NCBI GenBank assembly: GCA_019058365.1
Contig: JAHPZE010000013.1
Coordinates: forward strand, 32,001-96,000
Length of the DNA: 64,000 nt
Reading direction: 5' to 3'
Origin: Promethearchaeota archaeon
GTDB lineage: Archaea; Asgardarchaeota; Lokiarchaeia; Sigyniarchaeales; SOKP01
This document shows positions 10,801 to 18,942 of this stretch, piece by piece. The position numbers and the translations under genes are program-made. Below the pieces are notes generated by a model. It did not search any database. It was given only the letters and a program-made list of their open reading frames with translations, and was not told the DNA's origin. Positions within the stretch are counted from its first letter, which is position 1. Each line of letters opens with the position of its first letter.

Positions 10801-11098
10801 TCAGATTTATTTATTATTTAAAACCCATGAAGGTAAAACTAAACAAACAAATCTGAAAAATTTGACAAATGAGTTTAAATTTCGATTAGATTTTTTTAAA
10901 CGATATAAACAATTCAACAAAGCTATTACGAAGGTATCTGATGTTCTTATAAATAGATTTATAAAAAATTATAGTCAAGGCAGAGATTTCATACAAGATA
11001 ATTTGTCTTATCGTATTCAATTTTTTAAAAATTATTTTGATGAATCACTACAGAATAAAATGCCTGAAATAAAAAATTATAAAAAAATAGGAAAGTAA
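7856..11098 (+). CDS. 1080-aa hypothetical protein with Cdc6/Orc1-type winged-helix segment and C-terminal TFIIB/cyclin-like helical repeat; CRISPR-adjacent
   Basis: aa ~347-430 'LESLDVKDLLILIG...TTIEEAFKSYIKTCEEKNKKTFTKNTFESHINTLEEKNLISIR' resembles the Cdc6 C-terminal wH. aa ~899-945 'NILTASVFGLFVLAIDKDKDIKLGSICKTLNIQHTSMNLHIKKI' resembles a TFIIB repeat. The ORF is certain; the domain calls are tentative. Confidence 0.5.
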   Translation: MSTILKENLSVDNKGIALIQRKILKEFIDPTLKRIPYTFNDAENQIQIQIGINEKDVEAYIEENPFQRRKFLSFEIIEKKIKKSKSYEDIEKIIKKKLATIDDFSKVSEIIENIKQMYETEKVFRFSFTKSRYLKRFLNKSFDVILSDKKKYLVFDFKSIQDINPRVLNTTIRQGTLLIHKIGPPKVIKYYNNKNYAIFKVFSLMNKHTNNFNKIYDLLITPNENIVNQIYQDKQYDNPNVFFGKYGKDEESKSQNFYISKLKFEEFLKSYGSKFLFVQHKTTGEIFEIPFDEEKYHRFLLDFKYYNDYESLSKAQEKANRGIDPYYSYYEEFLKKTKQKKINYNNQFLESLDVKDLLILIGVKKAIGDNEKTTIEEAFKSYIKTCEEKNKKTFTKNTFESHINTLEEKNLISIRKRKDEKKIYQFLYLKSYSLTELLKTYNEKENLNYILENLEDLDFSTRVKRELFDVDVSVYFMNNMEILVSRDSELEIDYTKNLLQEDLTNQFQNAKEIFHKTYQNLILQKDIYKLTSENDKNLLNLLKELKYKSLLEFNEEFVIDCIYYFSILKKNINFIKNRFEIRDHALLETISIVQGVRNAFRKHFSKESSISHFNSFFNLKFSNFTVVNSQFLYKIQKACQDLIFMFETAQDLKLIREKFKNKFHTNFEFKHIINDIQALIEPKLNVYQDDFDLILSELENGVKKKKEAGNNIDEITKLLTDQLKDSFSNQKEFDNTTKTIADILKAKLSPTFDYTNTIKEIDSYFKQNITSEEEITKVLDYVEGNLRNDFEDKKKFFSILNKIRNIYELKIENTKKYKRIIKHINNTFNSLTIEADVEKIKGYIEKNLADTFNTASQQQNILRQIDQAYKNKMESPNELEDITKLCFAVIRLLLSDTVWHNILTASVFGLFVLAIDKDKDIKLGSICKTLNIQHTSMNLHIKKIIKDNINKKGKQRFEDLKVKNEETREKVRERLVELLMSSQIYLLFKTHEGKTKQTNLKNLTNEFKFRLDFFKRYKQFNKAITKVSDVLINRFIKNYSQGRDFIQDNLSYRIQFFKNYFDESLQNKMPEIKNYKKIGK

Positions 11099-11364
11099 CC
11101 CAATAGGTAGATACTAAAAAGCTACGCTTTTTCCAATAGGGAAATTCTTCTACTTTCCCAAATTCATAATATCTCCAAACCTTTTTAAATATTTGGAGTA
11201 AATTATCTACATGAAAAGGTATAAATAAGAAAGGCACTTATTCGAATAAATTTATAACTAAAACTTTATATTACTATAAAGAATAAATAAATTGCAGTTT
11301 AAACATGAATTACATTACAGAATGAAGTTTAATTTGATAAACTGAATAGGAAAATTTAAGAAAG

Positions 11365-11410
11365 TATATAGAAAAAGAAGGAAAAAACTAATGGGAATGA
11401 TTTATACTTT
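11365..11410 (-). terminator. U-rich trailer/probable terminator of CRISPR array 1 (shared with array 2)
   Basis: Minus strand reads ...CCCATTAGTTTTTTCCTTCTTTTTCTATATA right after the last repeat; 43/46 identical to 54914-54959. Confidence 0.5.
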
Positions 11411-12050
11411 CGGTTCAACCCCACGTATGCGGGAGTAATTCATAAATCCAACTATCCATATTAAATTGACTCGATTCATCCCCGTGTGCAAGGTGGTAAT
11501 AAAAACATAATTATTAATAATTTTTCATCTTTCCGATTCATCCCCATGTGTATGGGGTAAATTGCCTAATTCTGCTTCAGACATCGTATTCCTCCGATTC
11601 ATCCCCATGTGTATGGGGTAAATAAATAGATGATGGTTCACATTTTCTTGAATGGCGATTCATCCCCACGTGCAGGGGTAAAATGTATATATTTTTTTAA
11701 TATTTCTTTAATTTTTCGATTCATCCCCACGTGCAGGGGTAAAATAAATTCTATTTATGAACAAATGGTTATAATTCCGATTCATCCCCACGTGCAGGGG
11801 TAAAATAGATATTTGAATGTATAAACTGTGGGGCGCGACGATTCATCCCCACGTGCAGGGGTAAAATTCCTTCTACGTTTTTTGTCATGATTATTCACCC
11901 GATTCATCCCCACGTGCAGGGGTAAAATGAGGCGATATTAGAAAAGATCTTCAAGTATATCGATTCATCCCCACGTGCAGGGGTAAAATTAATTTTGCTT
12001 GCCCTAGCTTCGCGTTTTCCACGATTCATCCCCACGTGCAGGGGTAAAAT
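11411..12050 (-). CRISPR. Type I-E-like CRISPR array, 11 repeats and 10 spacers, orphan in this window
   Basis: 29-nt repeat CGATTCATCCCCACGTGCAGGGGTAAAAT (+ strand) at 11656, 11717, 11778, 11839, 11900, 11961 and 12022, with variants at 11411, 11472, 11534 and 11595. Spacers are 32-33 nt with a 61-nt period. The reverse complement ends GGGGATGAATCG, like I-E GGGGATAAACCG. Degenerate repeats at the left end mark the trailer. Confidence 0.97.
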
Positions 12051-12300
12051 ATTTCTTTTTTTAACCGAAATCGAAATCTCGCTAAATTCCTTGACGATAG
12101 AATTTCTTAGTATTGTGTGATGGTTACACCGCTTCTACTATTATTCTTAAAATATGAACTTTTTCCTTCATCCCTTTTGGTCGGTGAGTAGTCCGACATT
12201 ATCCAAGTTTTTCTTAATTTCCTCTTGCGTTATTTTTTTAATTTAGATTTATATTATTTATTAAATAATGATAATTATATATAAATATATTCAATAAATT
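12051..12300 (-). promoter_or_regulatory. Probable CRISPR leader
   Basis: Non-coding, next to the most conserved repeats; TATA-like TATATTTATATA on the minus strand near 12278-12290. Confidence 0.5.
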
Positions 12301-12330
12301 AAAAAAGTTTTATCATTTTTTTTGAATTTC

Positions 12331-12744
12331 TCAATTTTTTTGATTTTTTGTACTTTTTTTTAATAAACCGAATTCTTCCAAACCATTACAAGCTTCCTCC
12401 ATTAATGATGACTCAAATTGAAAGTTTTTAGGACTAGCAGTTGAAAGTTCCATATGATATTTATTTAAAAGTTGGCTATACCTTTTTGTTGCTTCAGCCC
12501 AAAATATCAAATATTTTTGATCCTCAATTACAGTTATAAATGTATTGTGTAATCTGTTCATTTCCTCAATAATACTTTCTGGAGACGTGAAATGTGATAA
12601 GTATTCTTCCTGACTTGGTTCTTTCTCTTGAAATGATAATGTCTTAAGGACTTCACAATTTTTGCATTTACGAGAACTAAAGTTGTGTCTTCTAATTTTC
12701 ATTTTGATCAAATCCCATTTGTCTATTATTAATTTTTTTATCAA
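12331..12744 (-). CDS. Hypothetical protein
   Basis: 137-aa ORF with a CxxC motif; overlaps the upstream ORF, so the start is uncertain. Confidence 0.45.
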   Translation of the reverse strand: MIKKLIIDKWDLIKMKIRRHNFSSRKCKNCEVLKTLSFQEKEPSQEEYLSHFTSPESIIEEMNRLHNTFITVIEDQKYLIFWAEATKRYSQLLNKYHMELSTASPKNFQFESSLMEEACNGLEEFGLLKKSTKNQKN

Positions 12745-12931
12745 AATCTTTAATTAATTTATCCAAATTAGCTTCTATTTCATCATCCTCTTTAAAATAA
12801 ATATGAGAATCTCTACCTTGAGTTCCAAAAACAAAATTGATTAATAATTGACCCAATCTTAATTCAGGATAACGATTCCACGTATTTTCTAACAATTGAC
12901 AAATTCTCTTAATTCTTTTAGGATCTCTCAT
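12692..12931 (-). CDS. DUF1040/YihD-like small protein (common in mobile elements)
   Basis: MRDPKRIKRICQLLENTWNRYPELRLGQLL N-terminal signature. Confidence 0.65.
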   Translation of the reverse strand: MRDPKRIKRICQLLENTWNRYPELRLGQLLINFVFGTQGRDSHIYFKEDDEIEANLDKLIKDFDKKINNRQMGFDQNEN

Positions 12932-13037
12932 GATAATTATAGAGACTTGATAAGCATAAAAACTTCTAGTGTTATTTGGATCTCTAATTTAATAATAAGT
13001 TTTTAATTAACCTACTTAAATAGACAAAAAAGGAATT

Positions 13038-13424
13038 TCAAATAATTTCTTTAACGATTTCCTTAACAGATTTAGGATACCAATGAATATAATCTCTAAT
13101 TTTACTTTCTGACAAATTTTTAGTATAATCTGATATATCCATCAAAATCCTTTTCTTTGGTTTACTATTATAAATCCATAGGTAAATAAAATCCAAAATT
13201 GTCTTTTCTAAATCTGAATATCTGTCATTATTTTCAATTATTCCAAACCTGAGTAATGAGGATTTTAATTTATGAAATTTAAACTTTGAATTATTTATCT
13301 TAATTGGATTATTTCTATAAAGACTATCAGTTATTGTATAATTAATTGTAAAATATTCATGTGTAGCATTGTTTAATTTCAGAGCAGTATAGAGTCCAAA
13401 ATACCAATTCATTACACCTTTCAA
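13038..13424 (-). pseudogene. C-terminal fragment of an AbiEi-like (type IV TA antitoxin/transcriptional regulator) gene
   Basis: WYFGLYTALKLNNATHEYF and YSDLEKTILDFIY motifs; the N-terminal HTH is missing. Confidence 0.6.
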
Positions 13425-13441
13425 ATTGGGAGTTAAAAATT

Positions 13442-13873
13442 GATTATTTACATAGTGTCTCTAAAGAGATTTATGAGAAATTTCGACAAGATCTGAAAGT
13501 AAATGATATTCTTTTTGTAAAAGATGGGGGTCGCTTAATAGGGACAACATGTATTTTAAGTGAAGAAAGTGATGTTGAGTGTCTAGTATAGAGTCATTTC
13601 CAGATACTTCGATGTGAAAAACCTAAGAAATTACATCCTTTTTTGCTCTTATATCTTCTAAATAAACCTATTGTTAAAAAGCAAGTTGAGGCTAATATAG
13701 TAATTCAGTCTACAATTCCGACTATAGGAGACAGAACAAAAGATATTATTATCCCATTTCCTAAAGATGAACACATTAAAAACGAAATAATTAAAAAAGT
13801 TAAGAATATCCTTGAAAGCAGAGCAGTATTGAGAAAGGAGATTGAAACAATGTTAAATACTATTTTAGAATAG
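13442..13873 (+). pseudogene. Fragment of a restriction-modification specificity (TRD/HsdS-like) domain with internal stop
   Basis: Frame reads ...QDLKVNDILFVKDGGRLIGTTCIL..CLV*SHFQILR...FLLLYLLNKPIVKKQ...QSTIPTIG..IIIPFPKD. TAG at 13589-13591; no 5' end. Confidence 0.7.
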
Positions 13874-14057
13874 TTAAATCAAAAAAAGCAAATCTTAGTT
13901 ATATTTCCTCAATTTGGATTCTATATAAACTAAATTCTTCCTTTTTTATTTAAACATTCTGAGACTATCCTTATTACTCAGAAAACAATTAAATCATTCA
14001 CCTTCTTTATGAATTTTTAATATTTAAGTACTTAGAGATGTTGGAATTATATTTAAT

Positions 14058-14351
14058 TCATATTTTACAATAAATTCTGGACATTGCTGAATCTTTAGGA
14101 TTATATCCATACCTAATTTTTTGAAAAATTCCATCTAAAACCTTTAGATTTGAAATCTCAGTTACACTAAACAATTTCCACCCCTTAGATATGTTAGAAC
14201 TACTTCCACCACTGATTTGAAAAGCCCGTAATAATTCTTTTCCTTTAGTTGATACTCCATAACAATATGGTTCAACTTTTCGAGAATGTCTATTATACAT
14301 AAAAGTTAAAATCCTTTTTGATTCGATTGCTGAGCATATTTTTATATTCAC
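14058..14351 (-). CDS. Stand-alone WYL-domain protein
   Basis: AIESKRILTFMY..SRKVEPYCYG..LLRAFQ..GWKLFSVTEIS is a typical WYL pattern. Confidence 0.85.
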   Translation of the reverse strand: MNIKICSAIESKRILTFMYNRHSRKVEPYCYGVSTKGKELLRAFQISGGSSSNISKGWKLFSVTEISNLKVLDGIFQKIRYGYNPKDSAMSRIYCKI

Positions 14352-14513
14352 TAATTTCTCTCCTTTATATTTGCATGTTAAAAAAGCTTTGAAATATTTA
14401 TTAACAATTATGTATAATCTTTATTTATTCATAAATAAATCTATAATAGTAGAAGAGATTTTTGAATAAATCTCCTCGAATTTAATAATAATCGACAAGA
14501 ATTCGGATTCAAT

Positions 14514-16490
14514 ATGAAAATAAGTGAGATTAATGTTAAGAACTTTAGGGGGATAAAGAACCTCACAATAAGACTAAGTAATTTTACTATTTTAATAGGA
14601 AAGAATGGTGTTGGTAAATCTTCTATATTACATGCTCTCAATTTTTTTAAACAGCAAAAATATGATTTAAACATTGAAGATTATTATAATAAAGATCTAA
14701 CAAACCAAATTAAAGTAAGTATAACCTTTTTTAATTTAAGTGAGGCAGAAAAAGAAGAATTTCAGCCATATATTCAAGAAGATAAACTAAGAGTCATTAA
14801 AATAGCAAAAGGCGACATTAACACTGATAATCCAAAATTCTCTCAAAAGTATCATGGAGTAAAAAAAATGCATAGAAGATTCACCGAAATTAGAGATATA
14901 TCTGATAGTAAGCCTCAACAAAAGAATTTATACCATAAACTGATTACTCAAGAAAAATATAATTCATTATCAAGAGTCTCAAGGGCAGATCAAATAGAAG
15001 ATCAACTTTCATCATGGGAAGAAGCACACACAGATGAATTAGAATTAATCATGGATAACGGTCAATTCTTTGGTTGGCCAGGTGTAGGTACAGGAAAATT
15101 AGGCAAATATATGGATTTCTTCTTTGTCCCAGCAGTGCACGAATATAGTGAAGAAGAAAAAGCAGAAGGGTCGACTTACTTGAATGAATTAATAGATTTA
15201 ACCATTAGAAGAACCTACACCGATACAACTGAATTAAATGATTTTATAGATGATGTTAAGTCTCAATATCAACAACATATTGATAATGAAACTAAACCAA
15301 AGACAAGTGCATTAAGCCAAGAATTAAGTGAAAGAATCCATCATTTTGCTCCTGAATGTGAGGTCTTTATAAGACATCAATCCGGAGAGGTCAAATTTTC
15401 TCCAACAAAATACGAAACTGAATTAAAAGAATTTGGTTTTCAAGGTCCAATATCGTTTTTAGGACATGGAGTTCAAAGATCATTCTTTTTTACTCTTTTG
15501 CAATATATCGGAGAACAGAGATTTTTATTAAAATATTCAGAAGATTCTGGAGAGAGTGTCAACGGATCTGAAATTACTGATGTTAAAAATGATTTAATTC
15601 TTTTAATAATAGAAGAACCCGAGCTGTATCAACATCCGAACAGGATAAAACTTATAAAAAAATTGTTTCAGAGTTTAACAGAGCCAGATAGGGATTTAGA
15701 TTTCCAATTTCAAATAATATGTAGTAGTCATTCTCCTTATCTTATTGATATGTTGAGTGTCGAGGATGTTCGAATATTGCGAAAGGTAAAAGAAAATGAT
15801 GAATATAAAGTATTCGTAAAAGAAGTAGATCTTGATGAAATTGCTCAAAAAATAAAAGAGTTTTATAAAATTCCAGATACAAAAAAATATGATAAATTAA
15901 CATTATTAAGTCGATTGATTTCTATTATGACAATTGAAATTTCAGAAGGTTTTTTTTCGGATAAGGTTGTTCTAGTGGAAGGATTAGAAGATAAAGCTGT
16001 TTTATTGGCAATTAACCATCAAATAAATCAACCTAGTTTTGAAGAACATGGAATCTCAATTATTCCTGTATTAGGAAAAACAAATTTAGATCGACCTGCT
16101 TTAATCTTTAAAGAATTAGAAATCCCCACATTTATTATTTTTGATACTGATAACGATAAATCTGGGGAAGAATTAACAAAACACGAAAAGATTAACACTG
16201 CTCTCAGGAAAATTATGGAAGACACAAATATAACAGATGCCTTTGAGCAAAAAATTGAGAAAACTTGGGCATGTTTGACTCCAAATCTAACTTCATTTTT
16301 AAAAGAAGAGTTAGATAAGGTTTATTATAATCAAGAAATGAATAAATTAAGAGAATTATATGAATTTCCCAAAATAAAAGATTGCCAGAAAAATGTTACT
16401 ATTATGAAAGAATTTATTAAAATTTCTTATGAAGCTGGTAAGAGAATTCCTTTTTTTGAACAAATTATACAAAATATTCATGAATTATAG
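14514..16490 (+). CDS. OLD-family ATP-dependent endonuclease (ABC ATPase + TOPRIM; GajA-like)
   Basis: Walker A GKNGVGKS, signature GHGVQR, Walker B IEEPELYQHP, SHSP H-loop, TOPRIM VVLVEGLED and FDTD. Confidence 0.92.
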   Translation: MKISEINVKNFRGIKNLTIRLSNFTILIGKNGVGKSSILHALNFFKQQKYDLNIEDYYNKDLTNQIKVSITFFNLSEAEKEEFQPYIQEDKLRVIKIAKGDINTDNPKFSQKYHGVKKMHRRFTEIRDISDSKPQQKNLYHKLITQEKYNSLSRVSRADQIEDQLSSWEEAHTDELELIMDNGQFFGWPGVGTGKLGKYMDFFFVPAVHEYSEEEKAEGSTYLNELIDLTIRRTYTDTTELNDFIDDVKSQYQQHIDNETKPKTSALSQELSERIHHFAPECEVFIRHQSGEVKFSPTKYETELKEFGFQGPISFLGHGVQRSFFFTLLQYIGEQRFLLKYSEDSGESVNGSEITDVKNDLILLIIEEPELYQHPNRIKLIKKLFQSLTEPDRDLDFQFQIICSSHSPYLIDMLSVEDVRILRKVKENDEYKVFVKEVDLDEIAQKIKEFYKIPDTKKYDKLTLLSRLISIMTIEISEGFFSDKVVLVEGLEDKAVLLAINHQINQPSFEEHGISIIPVLGKTNLDRPALIFKELEIPTFIIFDTDNDKSGEELTKHEKINTALRKIMEDTNITDAFEQKIEKTWACLTPNLTSFLKEELDKVYYNQEMNKLRELYEFPKIKDCQKNVTIMKEFIKISYEAGKRIPFFEQIIQNIHEL

Positions 16491-16595
16491 CGATATGTGG
16501 AAAAAAGATACAAAAAAACTTAATGAAATAAAGAGAGAATATAATGTGGAAAAAAAAAATCATTTACTTGGCAACATTAAATAGCTTACTATAAC

Positions 16596-16694
16596 TTAGG
16601 AGAAATAGGTAAATTCATCACATTCAGGGCAATAATAAAAACCTTCTTTATCCTTCTCTAGTTCAAGACCGCATATATTACAGTTAACAATCAT
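16596..16694 (-). CDS. 32-aa zinc-ribbon microprotein (not in the ORF track)
   Basis: MIVNCNICGLELEKDKEGFYYCPECDEFTYFS*: CxxC-x13-CPxC. Confidence 0.6.
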   Translation of the reverse strand: MIVNCNICGLELEKDKEGFYYCPECDEFTYFS

Positions 16695-16853
16695 AATTTT
16701 ACTCTTTATTTGACTTTAGAAATAATTTATGTAGAAAATATGCGATTCCTATATAGCTAATCTCAATTGTTTTCTCACTTTTTTCTTAGGTTTAATTTAT
16801 TTTAAAATTTCTTTGGATATTTTATTAAGATCCACAAATACGAAAATATATAA

Positions 16854-17651
16854 CTAATAAAAGGAATTTATATACGTCTGCTTCTTTCTGCTGAATTCTT
16901 CAACTTCAATGATCTTGTTAATTAGAAAATCTACCGCATTAACCAAGTGAGTATCATCAATATACTTATTCTCAAAAGTGATAAAATTTTGTGTATTATT
17001 ATTTATTCGCAATTCTATACCCAGCTCCTCAAATGGTACTTTTAAATGAGTCCAATTCCCTCTTGATTGCTCTTTAGCAATGTCTAAATATTTTTTAGTT
17101 TCGGTAATTTTTTTTGGATTCTTGATAATAACTTTATTATCACGATCCCAACAAGAGATCGCAGTAAAATCCTTTATACCTAAAGCATTAACAAGAGCAT
17201 TTAACTGATCCCTTTTATATTGAAATAAAATGGGTTGATATCTAAAAATAAAGTGATATTTCTCTTTTAGTTTGGCAAGAAGATCATCGCTTAATTTATT
17301 TGAAATTTTAGCTCTTGTATAAAAACATAATATTCTTTTTCTGGGATTTAAAACTATTTTTATTAAAATTGGATATTGCTTTGTTTCACTTAAATTAGGC
17401 GTTTCAGTATATTTAAAGTAAGATAATTCAGTCTTAATAGTGGGTATATACTTTACATCGATTTCAAAATAATCAGATATATAATAATTTTCATTTACGG
17501 GTTCAAATATTTTCTTATACAATCCTGCTTGAAGAATATTGGAATTATTGTCGAAACTAGCTGAATAATTATTATCCTGTAGTATCAGTTGCCTAATTAT
17601 ATCTACTTCATCCTTTATCGCAATATCAAAATAGATTCTTAACGATGGCAT
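16854..17651 (-). CDS. Hypothetical protein
   Basis: 265-aa ORF 3 nt downstream of the AAA gene, so probably in the same operon; no recognised motif. Confidence 0.7.
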   Translation of the reverse strand: MPSLRIYFDIAIKDEVDIIRQLILQDNNYSASFDNNSNILQAGLYKKIFEPVNENYYISDYFEIDVKYIPTIKTELSYFKYTETPNLSETKQYPILIKIVLNPRKRILCFYTRAKISNKLSDDLLAKLKEKYHFIFRYQPILFQYKRDQLNALVNALGIKDFTAISCWDRDNKVIIKNPKKITETKKYLDIAKEQSRGNWTHLKVPFEELGIELRINNNTQNFITFENKYIDDTHLVNAVDFLINKIIEVEEFSRKKQTYINSFY

Positions 17652-17654
17652 ATA

Positions 17655-18779
17655 TTATCTCTTTTCCTTAAATATAAATTCCTTTTGTAAAATATCTTCA
17701 TAAAAACTTAAAAATAATTCATTCATTTGATAACGCGATGGATTTCCATATTTTATCTTTTTAAACACATATTTCTTGGTTAAATTTTCTAAATATTTCC
17801 ACGCAATAGTTCTATCATAGTCCAAGTCGTCTTTTAAGTCTGGCGTGGTAATATAAATTCTATTTTCTAATTTCAAGTAATAATCAATTATTTCTTGTTC
17901 TTTGGCTGTGATTTTTTGTTTTTTTACGTTTAAATATTTTGTTATAATATTTTCTATAAGTTGCTGTGGGATTGTTTTTAAATTCATGATTCGTGCCTGC
18001 TGGTGAATCTCTTTAAAAAAAAGAAAGCATAAATTTAAATTTCCTTGAAAAGATTTCGCAATTTTCGGTAATAGCTCATTAATTATTTTATCATAATAAT
18101 GTTTTGATTCTTCAGTCTGGATTAAAAACTCATCCGTCCGTCTTTTAAAGATCTCGATTATATCATTACGGGAGAAATTGTTGAAGTATATTTCTCTATT
18201 AACAAGTATATCGTTCTCTAAAGGAAAGTCTCTTGTATGCCAAACTGAAAAAGTTAATTTTGTGTTTTCCTTGTAATCTTTAATTCTTTTCAAAAAAAGA
18301 TATTTATTTTTTCCTGCACATGAGATAATCCGGACATCAAGTTCTTGATTATCTAAACTATCTACTTCTTTTTGAGACATTGATTCGTTAGTCTTGTAAT
18401 TGAAAGAAAACTCTAAATTGTAAAACTCAAATGTAATTTCTGGAAAAGATTCAATTATATAATTTGTAATTATTTTAAGTGTAGTATGTTTCCCAGAACC
18501 TTTAGATCCGATAATGGCAATGTGAATATTATAAGGAAGTTTTTTTGCTTTTCCAAAATATCCAGAGATAACCTTAACTTCTGATTCACGGTTCACAAAT
18601 AATTTAATTAGATGAGGTGTAAATGACTTTTCAGGATTGAAACCATCAAGAGGATTTTCAGAATAAAAAAACCTTCGATACCAGAAAGGGGAATCTTCTA
18701 CAATGGACTCTTTGTGTTTAATACCACCCTTTACAGATTTAACTACTAAATCTTTAAGATGATTGTTTTCTTTTGACAT
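17655..18779 (-). CDS. Cdc6/STAND-like P-loop ATPase (degenerate) with C-terminal winged HTH
   Basis: FVNRESEV, Walker A IIGSKGSGKHT, GNL helix, C-terminal wHTH (ITTPDLKDDLDYDRTIAWKYLENL). No clear acidic Walker B. Confidence 0.7.
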   Translation of the reverse strand: MSKENNHLKDLVVKSVKGGIKHKESIVEDSPFWYRRFFYSENPLDGFNPEKSFTPHLIKLFVNRESEVKVISGYFGKAKKLPYNIHIAIIGSKGSGKHTTLKIITNYIIESFPEITFEFYNLEFSFNYKTNESMSQKEVDSLDNQELDVRIISCAGKNKYLFLKRIKDYKENTKLTFSVWHTRDFPLENDILVNREIYFNNFSRNDIIEIFKRRTDEFLIQTEESKHYYDKIINELLPKIAKSFQGNLNLCFLFFKEIHQQARIMNLKTIPQQLIENIITKYLNVKKQKITAKEQEIIDYYLKLENRIYITTPDLKDDLDYDRTIAWKYLENLTKKYVFKKIKYGNPSRYQMNELFLSFYEDILQKEFIFKEKR

Positions 18780-18942
18780 AAAAAATATTATTTTTTAATA
18801 AATTAATCTACATTATTAACATTGGTTATTTAAAAATATAAACTTTTTGAAATTAGTAATTTATAAAGAAAAGATCTATGATAGAAATCTTTATATATCA
18901 AAAATGAAACATTAGTAATATAGAACAAAATTTTAAAATATT

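Noticed and set aside
7856-11098. Calling the 1080-aa protein Cas12, Cas13 or Cas9
   Set aside because: No RuvC or HNH motifs, only one non-canonical R-x5-H, and the repeat is class 1 (I-E)-like. Kept only as a hypothesis.
11807-11838. Spacer 7 matches the start of the zinc-finger gene at ~6955-6979 (21 of 25 nt), suggesting self-targeting
   Set aside because: The remaining positions, which are the crRNA 5' seed end given minus-strand transcription, mismatch. The similarity is explained by shared C-x-N-C-G codons in AT-rich DNA.
14514-16490. Gabija system
   Set aside because: No GajB/UvrD helicase gene is adjacent.
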